The notes below the pieces were generated by a model. It worked only from the letters and a program-made list of their open reading frames with translations. It was not told the DNA's origin and made no database searches. From assembly GCA_963422375.2 (NCBI GenBank), contig OY729427.2, positions 1,088,001 to 1,152,000 on the forward strand: 64,000 nt of DNA, given 5' to 3'. How positions within the stretch are numbered: the stretch's first letter is position 1; each line of letters begins with the position of its first letter. This stretch comes from Bryobacterales bacterium (GTDB lineage Bacteria; Acidobacteriota; Terriglobia; Bryobacterales; UBA6623). The position numbers and the translations under genes are program-made. Shown piece by piece: positions 1-11,333 of the stretch.

Positions 1-293
1 AAGTCGATCTCGTCCGCGTGGACGGTGTGCTTGTTGCGGAACAAGGCGATCAGGATGCCCAGCCCCACGGCCGCCTCGGCGGCCGCCACCGTAATGACGA
101 AGATGGAGAAGACCTGCCCGTGAACCTGCTGCTGGGACGCCGAGAAGGCCGCCAGGTTGATGTTGACGGCGTTGAGGATCAGCTCGACCGACATCAGCAG
201 AACCAGGATGTTGCGCCGGGTCAGGATGCCGGTCACGCCGACGAGCAGCAGCAGTGTGCTCAGCACGACATAGTGCGTGGTGGTGACTTCCAT
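1..293 (-). CDS. nuoK: NADH-quinone oxidoreductase subunit K (3' end runs off the window)
   Basis: Manual translation from ATG at 293: MEVTTTHYVVLSTLLLLVGVTGILTRRNILVLLMSVELILNAVNINLAAFS...VAAAEAAVGLGILIALFRNK, typical NuoK; lies downstream of nuoJ. Confidence 0.95.
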   Translation of the reverse strand, partial: MEVTTTHYVVLSTLLLLVGVTGILTRRNILVLLMSVELILNAVNINLAAFSASQQQVHGQVFSIFVITVAAAEAAVGLGILIALFRNKHTVHADEID

Positions 294-319
294 GGCCGTG
301 CAGGGGGCGGGGGGGGCTC

Positions 320-853
320 CTAGCTCTCCGTTTCCCGGTTGCGGGCCTTGGACATCACGATGGCCCCGATGATGGCTACCAGCAGGAGGATCGAGGCCAG
401 CTCGAACGGGAGCAGGTACTCGGAGAAGAGCACCAAGCCGACCTTCTCGGAATTCTCGCTGAGACTGCCCGGGCCGAGCGGGTCGCCGCTGCCCGGATGG
501 TCCAGCGCGCCGATTCCGCGCACCACGATCAGCGCCAGCATCGCGCTGACCGCGCCCGCGCAGACCAGGGCCGGCCACTTCTGGTTGGAGAACCGCCGCT
601 GGGCGGATTCCTCCTGCAGCGGCACCAGCATGATGACGAATAGGAACAGGACCATGATCCCGCCGATGTAGACGATCACCTGCACGCCCGCCAGGAACTC
701 CGCTCCCAACAGCAGGAACAGGCCGGCCACGCCGAGCAGCGTGCTGATCAGCCAAACGGCCGAGTAGACCACGTTGCGACGGGTGATGGTCATCACCGCG
801 CTGCCGAGAACGAGCGCGGCCAGGGCATAGAAAAAGGCGGTATCAATCAGCAT
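320..853 (-). CDS. nuoJ: NADH-quinone oxidoreductase subunit J
   Basis: Hydrophobic protein with AEFLAGVQVIVYIGGIMVLFLFVIML and YLLPFELASILLLVAIIGA motifs; start taken at ATG 853. Confidence 0.95.
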   Translation of the reverse strand: MLIDTAFFYALAALVLGSAVMTITRRNVVYSAVWLISTLLGVAGLFLLLGAEFLAGVQVIVYIGGIMVLFLFVIMLVPLQEESAQRRFSNQKWPALVCAGAVSAMLALIVVRGIGALDHPGSGDPLGPGSLSENSEKVGLVLFSEYLLPFELASILLLVAIIGAIVMSKARNRETES

Positions 854-987
854 GGAAGCTCGGCCCCGGCCGGGCGCGGACACTGAATGAACAGCATATC
901 ATCACCTGCCTCGGGGCCTCGCCCGGCCCCGCCTCGGTCGCCGGGACGCTCCCCCGGGCGAGGCAACCTCGTCTCTCGCAGGCCCTC

Positions 988-1461
988 TCAGTGCGTGTAC
1001 CGCACGGGCAGCGGCCCTTCCTCGAGCATCTGGCGGTCCCAGACCTGGCCCTCTCGGGTGTAGGTGGCCAGCTCGAAATCCTGCGTGAGCTCGAGCGCAT
1101 CCACCGGGCAGGCGTCCTCGCACAGGCCGCAGAACATGCAGCGCGACACGTCGTACGTGAAGGTCGTCAGGTCCTTGCGCTTGGTCTCCTTGTTCCGCTC
1201 GGAGGTGACCACGATCAGCTGCTCCGGGCAGGCCAGCGCGCAGAGATTGCACGAGATGCAGAGCGTCTCGTCCGTCTCGGGATGCGTGTTGAGGCGCGGG
1301 GCCCCGCGGTAGCGCTCGGCCACGGCGGGACGCGCGAGCGGGTACTGCTCAGTGACGACCTTGGAGGGCTTTTGGTTCTTGAAGGTGGTCCACAGTCCCT
1401 TGAGCAGGTCCGTGAGCAGGAAGGTTCGGATCAGGCTGGCCACTTGGTACCCCGCTTTCAT
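988..1461 (-). CDS. nuoI: NADH-quinone oxidoreductase subunit I (2x[4Fe-4S])
   Basis: CISCNLCALACP and CMFCGLCEDACP ferredoxin motifs, VTEQYP; start at MKAGYQ. Confidence 0.95.
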   Translation of the reverse strand: MKAGYQVASLIRTFLLTDLLKGLWTTFKNQKPSKVVTEQYPLARPAVAERYRGAPRLNTHPETDETLCISCNLCALACPEQLIVVTSERNKETKRKDLTTFTYDVSRCMFCGLCEDACPVDALELTQDFELATYTREGQVWDRQMLEEGPLPVRYTH

Positions 1462-1481
1462 TGTCGCACCGGCGGGCCCGC

Positions 1482-2663
1482 CTAGCCTCGGGCGAGCAGC
1501 TGGACCACGCCGTTGAGGATCAGGCCCGCCATGCTGATGGGGATGAGCCATTTCCAGCCCACATCCATGAGCTGGTCGTAGCGGAACCGCGGGAAGGTGC
1601 CGCGATACCAGATGAACAGGTAGACCATCACGGCCAGCTTGCAAGCGAACCAGAACAGCCCGATCACCAGCGGATTCGCCTGGGGCACCACGAAGAGCGC
1701 CCCCGCCAGCAGGAACGCGCCGGCGAGGGCGGCCATCACGAGGCGGAATCCGGCGACGACCTGCTTCCGGACGCCCTTCAGGCATCCGAGCGCTATCAGC
1801 CCGAAGAGCGCCGCCGGGAACACCGTGTTGAGCGGCGTCTCGAGCAAGGCGACATTCGGGAAGGGCCTCAGCCAGCCGCCGAAGAAGAGCGTCACGCAAA
1901 GGGCGCTGATCACGACGATCGCCGCGTACTCAGCCAGGAAGAACAGGGCCCAGCGGAAGCCCGAGTATTCCGTGTGAAACCCGGCCACGAGCTCCGACTC
2001 GGCTTCGGGCAGGTCGAAGGGCGCGCGGTTCGTCTCCGCCGTCGCGGCGATGATGAACAGCGCCGTCGGGACGAGCATCAGCCCGTAGTTGTCGAAAGCG
2101 CCCCACCAGCCGCGCTGGAGCTGCGCCTCGATCACGCCCTGCATCGAGAGCGTGCCGGCGCACATGATCGCGGTCACGGTGGCGAACCCGAGGGGCACCT
2201 CGTAGCTCACCATCTGCGCCGCCGCGCGCAGCGAGCCCATCAGCGAGTACTTGGAATTCGCCGACCACCCGCCGAGAATCAGGCCCAGCGCGCCTATGGA
2301 CGACATCGCGAGGACGAACAGGATGCCGATGTTGACGTCGGCCACGTACAGCCGGTCGCTGAGGGGCAGGACCGCGAACGCCGACAGGGCCGTGAAAGTC
2401 GACAGCACCGGCGCCAGCCAGAAGATCCACTTGTCCGCCCGAGCCGGGATCACGTCCTCCTTGAGCATTAGCTTCAGCGCGTCCGCCAACGGCTGCAGGG
2501 CGCCGTAGGGCCCGACGCGCATCGGCCCCAGCCGCACCTGCAGGTCGGCCAGCACCTTGCGCTCGGCCAGCACGATGTACCCCGCGACCAGCGGGAACAC
2601 GAGAATGATCGCGACCGTCAGGACGAGCGGCGGCACGTAGGGGTTGGCAAGCAGTTCTTCCAT
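1482..2663 (-). CDS. nuoH: NADH-quinone oxidoreductase subunit H
   Basis: ERKVLADLQVRLGPMRVGP, NRAPFDLPEAESELVAGFHTEYSG, PRFRYDQLM motifs. Confidence 0.97.
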   Translation of the reverse strand: MEELLANPYVPPLVLTVAIILVFPLVAGYIVLAERKVLADLQVRLGPMRVGPYGALQPLADALKLMLKEDVIPARADKWIFWLAPVLSTFTALSAFAVLPLSDRLYVADVNIGILFVLAMSSIGALGLILGGWSANSKYSLMGSLRAAAQMVSYEVPLGFATVTAIMCAGTLSMQGVIEAQLQRGWWGAFDNYGLMLVPTALFIIAATAETNRAPFDLPEAESELVAGFHTEYSGFRWALFFLAEYAAIVVISALCVTLFFGGWLRPFPNVALLETPLNTVFPAALFGLIALGCLKGVRKQVVAGFRLVMAALAGAFLLAGALFVVPQANPLVIGLFWFACKLAVMVYLFIWYRGTFPRFRYDQLMDVGWKWLIPISMAGLILNGVVQLLARG

Positions 2664-2671
2664 GGCGGATC

Positions 2672-3814
2672 CTAGCGGTCCACTTCGCCCAGCACGATGT
2701 CGATGGTGCCGATGATCGCGACGACATCGGCGATCAGGGTGCCCCGGCACATCTTGTCGAGTGCTCCCAGGTTGACGAAGGAAGGCGGCCGCACGCGGAC
2801 GCGATACGGGTTCAGCGAGCCGTCGCTCACGACGTAGTAGCCGAGCTCGCCTTTCGGGGCCTCGATCGACACGTAGGCCTCGCCCGGCGGCGGCTTGATC
2901 ACCTTGCCGACCTTGCCCTTGATGGGCCCCTCGGGGAGGGCCTCCGCCGCCTGGCGAACGATGCGGCAGGACTGCTCCATCTCCTGCATGCGAACGATGT
3001 AGCGGTCGAACGTATCGCCGTTCGCGGCCGTCGGAATTTCGAAGTCGTACTTCTCGTACCCGCAGTAGGGCTGGGCCTTGCGCAGGTCCCACGCGACGCC
3101 GGCCGCGCGGAGCAGGGGCCCCGTCACGCCGTAGTCCTTGCAGCCCGCCGCGTCGAGGATGCCCACGCCCTTGGTGCGGTTGACCCAGATGCGGTTGCCG
3201 GTGAGCAGGTCGTGGTATTCCTGGACCTTCGCCTGCATGAGGTCGCAGAACGCCAGGCACTCCTGCTCGAACGTGTCGTAGGTCTCGTACTGCAGGCCGC
3301 CGATGCGGAAGGCGTGCGTGGTCAGGCGGGCGCCGCAGTAGCTCTCGAAGATCTTGAGGACCTCCTCGCGCTCGCGGAAGCACAGGAAGACCGGGGTGAT
3401 GGCCCCGATGTCGAGCGCGTGGGTGCCCAGCCAGAGCAGGTGCGAGGCGATACGGTTGAGTTCCGTCAGGATCACGCGGACGGCCTGGGCGCGGGGCGGG
3501 ATCTCCACGTCGAGCAGCTTCTCGACGGCCATGCAGTAGCCGAGGCCGTTCGAGACGGCCGCCACGTAGTCCATACGGTCCACGTACGGCGCGAATTGCT
3601 GGTAGGTGCGGTTCTCCGCGATCTTCTCCACGCCGCGGTGGAGGTAGCCGATCACGCAGTCCGCGCCCAGGACGGTCTCGCCGTCCAGCTTGAGGATCAC
3701 CCGCAGGACGCCGTGGGTCGACGGGTGCTGCGGACCCATGTTCAGGACCAGCTCGTTGCTGTCGAGGAACGTCGCTTCCGCGGCGGGCGGGGGAGCGAGG
3801 GCGGTCGCTGCCAT
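2672..3814 (-). CDS. nuoD: NADH-quinone oxidoreductase subunit D
   Basis: [25 protein letters not shown]-terminal DIVLGEVDR. Confidence 0.97.
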   Translation of the reverse strand: MAATALAPPPAAEATFLDSNELVLNMGPQHPSTHGVLRVILKLDGETVLGADCVIGYLHRGVEKIAENRTYQQFAPYVDRMDYVAAVSNGLGYCMAVEKLLDVEIPPRAQAVRVILTELNRIASHLLWLGTHALDIGAITPVFLCFREREEVLKIFESYCGARLTTHAFRIGGLQYETYDTFEQECLAFCDLMQAKVQEYHDLLTGNRIWVNRTKGVGILDAAGCKDYGVTGPLLRAAGVAWDLRKAQPYCGYEKYDFEIPTAANGDTFDRYIVRMQEMEQSCRIVRQAAEALPEGPIKGKVGKVIKPPPGEAYVSIEAPKGELGYYVVSDGSLNPYRVRVRPPSFVNLGALDKMCRGTLIADVVAIIGTIDIVLGEVDR

Positions 3815-4434
3815 TACTGTGCGCTCTCGATCTTGAGATTCTCGCGGACCCAGTCGGCGTCCTGCTGGACAATGCCGTACTCTTTGCGGAGCGGGAACCC
3901 CGCCCATTCGTCCGGCATGAGAATCCGGCGCAGGTCGGGGTGACCGTCGAATTCTATGCCGAACATGTCGTACACCTCGCGCTCCAGCCAGTTCGCCGCG
4001 CTGTACAGTGACGTGGCCGTCGGGGCCTTCTCGCCCTCCTCGAGCGTCGTCTTGACGCGGACGCGCTCGTTCGAGGCGAACGAGTAGACGATCCACACGA
4101 CTTCGAACTGGCGCCCCTTCGTGGGCCAGTGGACGGCGGTCAGGTCGACCAAGTAGTCGAAACCGTGGTCGTCGCGGAGCGATCGGAGGACATCCCCGGC
4201 GGAGGCGAGGGAGACCGCGGCGAGCTTCTGGCCGCCCAGAAGTCTGGTGCTCTCGATGCCGGTTCCGAAGCGGGCCCGGAGCTCGTCGGGCACGGCCCCC
4301 TCCCACGCGGCCGAGGGCATCTCGGCCGGCTTTCTCCGGGCCGCCGGGCGGGCAGCCCTCGCAGGCCTGCCTGCCTTAGCCGAGCGCCGCGGTGGCGGGG
4401 GCTTGCCCCCCGGGGGCGAAGTGGAATCGGGCAT
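3814..4434 (-). CDS. nuoC: NADH-quinone oxidoreductase subunit C with Pro/Arg/Ala-rich N-terminal extension
   Basis: [28 protein letters not shown]...FPLRKEY; stop overlaps nuoD start; start codon uncertain. Confidence 0.93.
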   Translation of the reverse strand: MPDSTSPPGGKPPPPRRSAKAGRPARAARPAARRKPAEMPSAAWEGAVPDELRARFGTGIESTRLLGGQKLAAVSLASAGDVLRSLRDDHGFDYLVDLTAVHWPTKGRQFEVVWIVYSFASNERVRVKTTLEEGEKAPTATSLYSAANWLEREVYDMFGIEFDGHPDLRRILMPDEWAGFPLRKEYGIVQQDADWVRENLKIESAQ

Positions 4435-4987
4435 AGGGGCAGGTCGAGCGGCCCGGTCCACGCCCGGCCCGCTGCATTCCAGTGCATCATACCAGCCGCC
4501 AGCGACGCAATCGGCGACCGCCGGGCCGCCGCGCGGACCCTCGAGCATCGAGACGCACGACCGCGGGAGTCCGGACGCAGCCAGGCTGAGCCTTCCCCGG
4601 CACTCCGGCCGGAAGCACGCCCTCGGGGAGGCCGCGAAGTCGCGCCGACCGCCCGCTAGCCCGCGGAGCGGCGGAGCGGCGGAGGCACTGGCACCCGGAA
4701 CGTCCCAGCCCGACCTCGGCCTCCCGACACGCCCCCGAGACGCGATCAGTCCGCGGCGCCCGCAACCCGGGCCGCCACGGCCCGGGGGCTTTATCGCGAC
4801 GCGATCCATGCATCGGCCTTGGAGCAGGCCCCGCCTGCGACGCAGGACCGGCCCCCCGGCTCCCCGAATTCGATTGCCCGACCGCGAGGGGCGGTGCGAA
4901 AATAGGAGTGCCTGCTCCCGTCGCGGCCGCCGGATGGCAGGGCCCGGCCTGACGCGGCGACCCCGCGCGCGCGATGCTGCCAACCAG

Positions 4988-7684
4988 ATGAACTCCTTTT
5001 CGACTAAGTCCGCTGTCTCGGTCCGCGGCACGACTCACTCTTATCACTGCGTACGGGATCTGGCCGGCCGAGCGACGGCCCGCCTGCCCTACTCGCTCAA
5101 GATCCTGCTCGAGAATCTCCTCCGCCACGAGGACGGCGGTACGGTAAGCGCGGCCGACGTGGAAGCGCTACTCGCCTGGGACCCCCAGGCCTCGCCGTCC
5201 CGGGAAATCGCGTACCGGCCCGCTCGCGTGCTGATGCAGGACTTCACGGGCGTGCCCGCCGTCGTCGACCTAGCGGCCATGCGCGACGCGATGCTGCGGA
5301 TGGGGGGCGACCCCGCTAGCATCAACCCGCTCCAGCCCGTCGACCTCGTCATCGACCATTCGGTGCAGGTCGACCGCTTCGGGTCGCGGGACGCCGTGTC
5401 GCTGAACAGCCTGGTGGAGTACCAGCGCAACCGCGAGCGCTACACCTTCCTCAAGTGGGGCCAGAAGGCGTTCCGCAACTTCCGCGTGGTGCCTCCCGAG
5501 ACCGGCATCGTGCATCAGGTCAACCTCGAGTACCTGGCGAAGGTGGCATTCGCCTACACGGACGGGGACGAGCGCTGGGTTTGCCCCGACACGCTGGTCG
5601 GCACGGATTCGCACACCACGATGATCAACGGCCTGGGCGTGCTGGGCTGGGGCGTAGGCGGAATCGAGGCCGAGGCCAGCATGCTCGGCCAGCCGGTCTC
5701 GATGCTGATCCCTCAGGTGGTGGGCTTCGAGCTGCGCGGGCGGCTCGCCGAGGGCGCTACCGCGACCGATCTCGTGCTCACCGTGGTGCAGATGCTGCGC
5801 GCCCGCGGCGTGGTCGGCAAGTTCGTGGAGTTCTGCGGCGACGGCCTCGACGATCTGCCCCTGGCGGACCGGGCGACGATCGCCAACATGGCTCCCGAGT
5901 ACGGCGCGACCTGCGGGCTCTTCCCGGTCGACGCGGAAGCGCTCGCCTACTTGCGCCTGAGCGGGCGCTCGGAAGACGAGGTGAGTCTGGTCGAGGCCTA
6001 CTCCAAGGCCCAGGGCTTCTTCCGCTCGCCGGGCACCGCCCAAGCCGACTATTCCGACAAGCTGTCCTTGGACATGACGGACGTGGTGCCCTCGATCGCC
6101 GGCCCGAAGCGCCCCCAGGACCGTATCGCCCTGCGCGATGCGTCCAAGTCTTTCGCTGCCCTGCTGGGGGAGTCGTCCGGACCAGCGGCAGGGGGCGGGG
6201 GCGGCACGGCCGTGGCCGGTGCGAAGGCAGCGGTCCGGACAGTCATCCGCCAATCGGAGTGCGAGCTGCGACACGGCGCGGTGGTGATCGCCGCAATCAC
6301 CAGCTGCACCAACACGTCCAACCCCGCCGTGATGGTGGGCGCCGGACTGGTGGCGAAGAAGGCTGTCGAGAAGGGCCTGCAGGTCAAGCCCTGGGTCAAG
6401 ACGAGCCTAGCCCCCGGATCGAAGGTGGTCACGGACTACCTTGCCAAGTCCGGGCTCGACACCTACCTGGACATGCTCGGATTCAACCTCGTCGGCTACG
6501 GCTGCACAACCTGCATCGGCAACTCGGGGCCCCTGCCTCCCGAGGTGTCCGAGGCGATTCGCGCCGGCGACCTGGTCGTGGCCTCCGTGCTGTCGGGAAA
6601 CCGCAACTTCGAGGGGCGCGTCCATTCGGAGATCCGCGCCAACTATCTCGCCTCGCCGCCTTTGGTTGTGGCCTACGCCATCGCGGGCAGCATGGAAGCG
6701 GACATGGCGAGCGACCCGCTCGGCACGGACCTGCAGGGCAGACCCGTGTACCTGCGCGACCTGTGGCCGTCGCAGGCCGAGATTTCCGGCATCGTCGGAT
6801 CGGTCGTCGATTCCGCGATGTTCCGCTCCAGCTACATCGACGTCTACCGAGGCACCGCGCGCTGGCGCGCGCTCGGAGCGGCCGGCTCGGCGCTGTTCGG
6901 GTGGGACGACGACTCGAGCTACGTGCGGCGGCCGCCCTATTTCGAGGGCATGGGGCCCGAGCCCGGCGAAGTCTCGGACATCGCGGGCGCGAGGGCGCTC
7001 GCGGTCCTAGGCGACAGCGTCACCACGGACCACATCTCCCCGGCCGGGGCCATCAAGGCCGACAGCCCGGCCGGCGCGTACCTGCTCGGACGCGGGATCG
7101 AGCCGAAGGACTTCAACTCTTTCGGGTCGCGGCGCGGCAACCACGAGGTGATGATGCGCGGGACGTTCGGCAACGTCCGCCTGCGCAACCTCCTGGCACC
7201 GGGCACCGAGGGCGGCTTCACCCGCCACCTGCCGGGAGGCGACCAGCTCCCGATCTTCGACGCAGCGATGCGCTACCGCCAGGAGGGCACGCCTCTGATC
7301 GTGCTCGCCGGGCACGAGTACGGCACCGGCTCGTCCCGCGACTGGGCGGCGAAGGGTCCGGCCTTGCTGGGAGTTCGGGCCGTGATCGCCGCCAGCTACG
7401 AGCGGATTCACCGCTCGAACCTTGTCGGCATGGGCGTGCTCCCGCTCCAGTTCCCGGAAGGCGAGGACCGCCGCTCGCTCGGCCTGACCGGGCGCGAGAC
7501 GTTCGCGATCCAAGGCCTGGCCGGCGGGCCGTCCGGCGTTGCTCGCGTCGAGGCCGTTCCCGACGGCGGGGGCGAGCCGATATCGTTCGACGCACGGGTC
7601 CGCATCGACACTCCCATGGAAGCCGAGTACTACCGGCACGGCGGCATCCTGCATTACGTCCTGCGGCGGATGCGGCTCCCGTGA
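4988..7684 (+). CDS. acnA: Aconitate hydratase AcnA
   Basis: [63 protein letters not shown]. Confidence 0.98.
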   Translation: MNSFSTKSAVSVRGTTHSYHCVRDLAGRATARLPYSLKILLENLLRHEDGGTVSAADVEALLAWDPQASPSREIAYRPARVLMQDFTGVPAVVDLAAMRDAMLRMGGDPASINPLQPVDLVIDHSVQVDRFGSRDAVSLNSLVEYQRNRERYTFLKWGQKAFRNFRVVPPETGIVHQVNLEYLAKVAFAYTDGDERWVCPDTLVGTDSHTTMINGLGVLGWGVGGIEAEASMLGQPVSMLIPQVVGFELRGRLAEGATATDLVLTVVQMLRARGVVGKFVEFCGDGLDDLPLADRATIANMAPEYGATCGLFPVDAEALAYLRLSGRSEDEVSLVEAYSKAQGFFRSPGTAQADYSDKLSLDMTDVVPSIAGPKRPQDRIALRDASKSFAALLGESSGPAAGGGGGTAVAGAKAAVRTVIRQSECELRHGAVVIAAITSCTNTSNPAVMVGAGLVAKKAVEKGLQVKPWVKTSLAPGSKVVTDYLAKSGLDTYLDMLGFNLVGYGCTTCIGNSGPLPPEVSEAIRAGDLVVASVLSGNRNFEGRVHSEIRANYLASPPLVVAYAIAGSMEADMASDPLGTDLQGRPVYLRDLWPSQAEISGIVGSVVDSAMFRSSYIDVYRGTARWRALGAAGSALFGWDDDSSYVRRPPYFEGMGPEPGEVSDIAGARALAVLGDSVTTDHISPAGAIKADSPAGAYLLGRGIEPKDFNSFGSRRGNHEVMMRGTFGNVRLRNLLAPGTEGGFTRHLPGGDQLPIFDAAMRYRQEGTPLIVLAGHEYGTGSSRDWAAKGPALLGVRAVIAASYERIHRSNLVGMGVLPLQFPEGEDRRSLGLTGRETFAIQGLAGGPSGVARVEAVPDGGGEPISFDARVRIDTPMEAEYYRHGGILHYVLRRMRLP

Positions 7685-8481
7685 GCGGATCCGCCCGGCC
7701 CGGAGGCGCGTCCGGAGAGCCCGGGCAGGCGGGGCGGTGGCAGGACAACCTCCGCGTCGTCCTAGTCGCCTCCCGGAACTCGCTCAACATCGGCGCCGCA
7801 GCGCGCGCGATGTACAACTTCGGCTTCGCCGACCTGTGGTGCGTCCGCCCTTACGAGCTCGCCTTCCGGAATGCGCGCTCGGCCGCCGGGGCGGCCCCCG
7901 TCCTGCAGCGGGCCGGGGTGACTCGCGACTTGGCCGAGGCCGTCGGCGACGCCGAGCTCGTCGTCGGAAGCAGCGACCTGGAAGCGCGCAAGCAACGCCA
8001 CGTGCGCCGCGAGCTGCCCGCGGCAGCCGCCTCGGTCCGGACCCACCTGGAGACGCGCAGGGCGGCCCTGGTGTTCGGCTCGGAAAAGACCGGCCTGTCC
8101 AACGCGGACCTCAGCCACTGCGACTGGGTCCTCTCTATCCCGACCAGCGCCGCGTGCCCGTCGATGAATCTCGGCCAGGCCGTGGCGGTGTGCTGCTACG
8201 AGATCGCGCGCAACGCCGCTCCGCAGGCCGCGCTGCAGACGCCCGCGGGCGTGAGCGCGGGGGTCCGGGAGCGCATCCTCGGAGCCCTGCTGCCGGTCCT
8301 GCGGGCCTCGGGCTTCCTGCGCGAGGACGGCGCCGAGGGCCAGTCCAGGAAGCTCCGGCGATTCGTCAGCCGCCTGCGGCTCGCGCCGGAGGACGCGCGC
8401 ATGCTGCTGGCCATCCTGCGGCAGATCGACTGGAAGCTGCGCAACTCGTGCCGAAGCGCGAGCAATTCGCCGCGCTCATAG
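7681..8481 (+). CDS. TrmJ/LasT-family SPOUT RNA methyltransferase
   Basis: [36 protein letters not shown] start overlaps acnA stop (GTGA). Confidence 0.9.
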   Translation: MSGSARPGGASGEPGQAGRWQDNLRVVLVASRNSLNIGAAARAMYNFGFADLWCVRPYELAFRNARSAAGAAPVLQRAGVTRDLAEAVGDAELVVGSSDLEARKQRHVRRELPAAAASVRTHLETRRAALVFGSEKTGLSNADLSHCDWVLSIPTSAACPSMNLGQAVAVCCYEIARNAAPQAALQTPAGVSAGVRERILGALLPVLRASGFLREDGAEGQSRKLRRFVSRLRLAPEDARMLLAILRQIDWKLRNSCRSASNSPRS

Positions 8482-9765
8482 GAGGTGGTCCGGAAGCCCT
8501 TGGGCGGGCCTCCCCGGCGCCAGGACGGGCGCGGGACGCCCCCGCGGATCCGAGCCGCCGGGAGACGCCTGCCCGGCCTTGCCGCGCGACGGTCCTCGCG
8601 TCCCCCGCGCTAGGTCGGGGGGCGCAGCAGGCGCGGCATCCGCTTGCGGCGCGGCGGCCGGCGCCGGAGCGCTCGCGGGCGCGCCCCAGTCGAGAGCCCG
8701 GAGGTAGGGGCCGAGCCAGAAGACACGGTTGCGACGGTGCCCGGTAACCTCTTCCAGAACCCCCAGATCCGCAAGCCGCGCCACGAGGGTGTTGGCCGCG
8801 ACATAGGATGTACCGGTGATTCGCTGCACGTCCGCGACGGTCGCGACCGGCTGCCGGAACAGCCGGTCCAGGACGACGAGGGCCTTCGGCAGGGCGTAGC
8901 CGAGGTTCGCCGCAAGGTCCGCCCTGAGATCCTCCCGCAGGGACGCGCATCGCGCGAGCGAGCCCGCCGCCCCGGCGGACGCCTCGGCGACGCAGCGGAG
9001 GAAGAAGCCGGTCCACTCGGACCACGCGCCGGAACGGGCAGCCGAGCCCAGGCGGTCGCGGTACTCGCCGGGGCGACGGCGGAAGACGACGGACAGCGGC
9101 ACGGCGGTGCCGCATTGAACCGCCAGATCCACCACCGCGACCGCCCGGCCGGTCCGTCCGGCAGCGGCGCCGAACGGACCGGCGAGCTCCGTCGACGCCA
9201 GAGCCAGGCCGGTGCGGACGACCGCCGGCAAGCCGCCGTCGCCGACGAGCGCGGCTGCGACCCGCCGGAAGAACGCCCCTCTCCGCGGCGGCCCGGCGGA
9301 GGCGCTCCCGGCGGGCTCCGGCGAGACGGCCGCGCCGCCTTCGCCGTCCTTCCCCGAGCCGTCGGTCTCCCGGAGCCCGCGGGCGCAATCCTCGAGCGCA
9401 CCCGGCGAGAGCGCATCCTCGAGCGGCCGCCCGAGCGCTGCGTCCAGGGCCCTGAAGCAGCGCGCTGCGGCCGCGCTCTTCCTGCCGGCGCCCGGAACGG
9501 CCAGGCCGGCCTCGACCGCCAGCAGGTCGGGCAGCGACGGGCTACCGCCGTCCAGAATGCAGGACGCGACCGCCTCCTGGCGGAGCAGCATGCGGGCGAG
9601 CGCGCCGCGGCCGGGCAGCGCGGCCGCTGCCCCCGCCAAGCGGCAGAGCGCGCGATCGGCTTGCCGCGCGGCCGCCTCGAGCTCGCGGGTCCAAGCCAGC
9701 GACCGCTCGCCCGGGAAACCGGCACTTCCGGCCGGCGCGTCCCGGCCGCCGACGGCTAGAGCCAT
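8476..9765 (-). CDS. Fic-family protein with C-terminal HTH and a degenerate catalytic motif
   Basis: EAVASCILDG N-terminal motif; GPFGAAAGRTGR at the HPFxDGNGRxGR position; YRDRL...WSEWTGFFL; C-terminal LGVLEEVTGHRRNRVF wHTH. Confidence 0.85.
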   Translation of the reverse strand: MALAVGGRDAPAGSAGFPGERSLAWTRELEAAARQADRALCRLAGAAAALPGRGALARMLLRQEAVASCILDGGSPSLPDLLAVEAGLAVPGAGRKSAAAARCFRALDAALGRPLEDALSPGALEDCARGLRETDGSGKDGEGGAAVSPEPAGSASAGPPRRGAFFRRVAAALVGDGGLPAVVRTGLALASTELAGPFGAAAGRTGRAVAVVDLAVQCGTAVPLSVVFRRRPGEYRDRLGSAARSGAWSEWTGFFLRCVAEASAGAAGSLARCASLREDLRADLAANLGYALPKALVVLDRLFRQPVATVADVQRITGTSYVAANTLVARLADLGVLEEVTGHRRNRVFWLGPYLRALDWGAPASAPAPAAAPQADAAPAAPPDLARGTRGPSRGKAGQASPGGSDPRGRPAPVLAPGRPAQGLPDHLL

Positions 9766-9997
9766 ACCCGCGCCCCGCGGGGCGGCCGCGCAACGGGCCC
9801 GCCCCGGTCCGAGCCGCCGCACGGCGCAAGGAAGACTTGCGCAAAACCGTGCATGGCAGAAATGTAGCACGAATCCGTACGGTCTGCGCAAAAGGCAGGT
9901 TTAAGCAAGCCGGACTTCAAGCCGCGGACCCCGGGGGCGCCGCCGGCCTCGGACCGAAGCGACGGCCGCGGCCGAGAGTGTAGAATAGTTCGGACTC

Positions 9998-11182
9998 ATG
10001 GCCAGACTGCAAGACACCCCCGCAGAGGCCGCGTTCCGGGAGCGCCTCCGCGCGTGGCTCGAGGAGCATGCGCACCCCATCGACCGGCACGACGTAGCCG
10101 ACCTGAAGGCCTGGCAGCGGCAGCTGTACGAGGCAGGCTGGCTCGGCCTGACGTGGCCTGCGGCGTACGGCGGGCAGGGGCTCGGCTTCCGCGAGCAGGC
10201 GATCTTCAACGAGGAGGCCGCCCGGGCCAAGGCGCCGCCCAGCGTCAACAACATCGGCCTCATGATCGCCGGCCCGGCGCTGATCGCCGTCGGCAGCCAG
10301 GAGCACAAGCAGCGCTACCTGCGACCCATCCTGACCGCCGAGGAGATCTGGTGCCAAGGCTTCTCCGAACCCAACGCAGGATCGGATCTGGCCGCGCTGC
10401 AGACGCGCGCGGTCGACCGCGGCGACCACTACGTCATCACGGGCCAGAAAATCTGGACCTCGAATTCGCTCATCGCGGACTACATCTGGCTGCTGGCGCG
10501 CACCGATCCCGAAGCGCCCAAGCACAAGGGCATCACCGCGCTGGTGGTCGACATGAAGAGCCCCGGCGTGACCGTAAAGCCGCTGCGGCAGATCACCGGG
10601 GAAGCCGAATTCGGCGAGATCTTCTTCGACGAGGTGAGCGTGCCGAAGGCGAACCGCGTGGGCGCCGAGAACGGCGGCTGGATCGTCGGCATGAAGACCT
10701 TCACCCGCGAGCGGGCCAACATCTCGATCAATCTCAGCGTCCGCCTCCAGCAGCAGTTCGACCGCCTGCTGGAGGGCGTCCGCGCGAGCGACGTCCCGCT
10801 GGACGCGCAGCAGGCCCGCGAGGTCGCCCAGGCCTACGTCGACAGCCGGTGCCTGACGCTGACGTGCGAGCGCCTCGCCTCGCGCCTGTTCGGATTCGAG
10901 TCGTCCGTGGTCAAGGTGGCATGGGCCGAGATGAACCAGCGGCTGCAGGAAATCGGACTGGCGACGCTCGGCCCGGACGCCCCGCTGCTCGCGCCCGCGG
11001 GCGCCGCCGGCGGCCCCTCGTCCGCCTGGGGCACGGAGGAGCTCGCCGGGAACGGGGAGTCGCTAGAGAAGACATGGCAGTTCGGGTACCTGCGCTCGAG
11101 GGCCAACACCATCGAGGGAGGCACGTCCGAAGTCCTGCGCGGCGTGATCGCGGAGCGGGTGCTGGGCCTGCCGCGCAAGTGA
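9998..11182 (+). CDS. Acyl-CoA dehydrogenase (FadE-like, putative catalytic subunit)
   Basis: WCQGFSEPNAGSDLA, ITGQKIWTS, NTIEGGTSEV...IAERVLGLP. Confidence 0.93.
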   Translation: MARLQDTPAEAAFRERLRAWLEEHAHPIDRHDVADLKAWQRQLYEAGWLGLTWPAAYGGQGLGFREQAIFNEEAARAKAPPSVNNIGLMIAGPALIAVGSQEHKQRYLRPILTAEEIWCQGFSEPNAGSDLAALQTRAVDRGDHYVITGQKIWTSNSLIADYIWLLARTDPEAPKHKGITALVVDMKSPGVTVKPLRQITGEAEFGEIFFDEVSVPKANRVGAENGGWIVGMKTFTRERANISINLSVRLQQQFDRLLEGVRASDVPLDAQQAREVAQAYVDSRCLTLTCERLASRLFGFESSVVKVAWAEMNQRLQEIGLATLGPDAPLLAPAGAAGGPSSAWGTEELAGNGESLEKTWQFGYLRSRANTIEGGTSEVLRGVIAERVLGLPRK

Positions 11183-11333
11183 GGAGGAAGCGGACCCCCG
11201 AGGATCCACCCGGCAGGCTCGATGCCCCCGCGGCGCGGGCCGGTCCCGGCCGAGCCGGATCTCGCGGGAGCGCTCGGAGACCTCGGGCGGGATGAGGATC
11301 CCACGCCGGGAAAGCGATTCAAGGAGCTAAGCC

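Noticed and set aside
4435..4987. Hidden nuoA/nuoB or a long N-terminal extension of AcnA/NuoC
   Set aside because: Translations are low-complexity with no TM helices or NuoB Cys motifs; most likely a divergent promoter region
5455..7680. 1008-aa ORF 5455-8481 and other long overlapping ORFs (19465-22137, 23024-25258, 26210-28495)
   Set aside because: Shadow frames of real genes in high-GC DNA: Arg/Gly/Pro-rich with no motifs. Only 7681-8481 of the first is a real gene.
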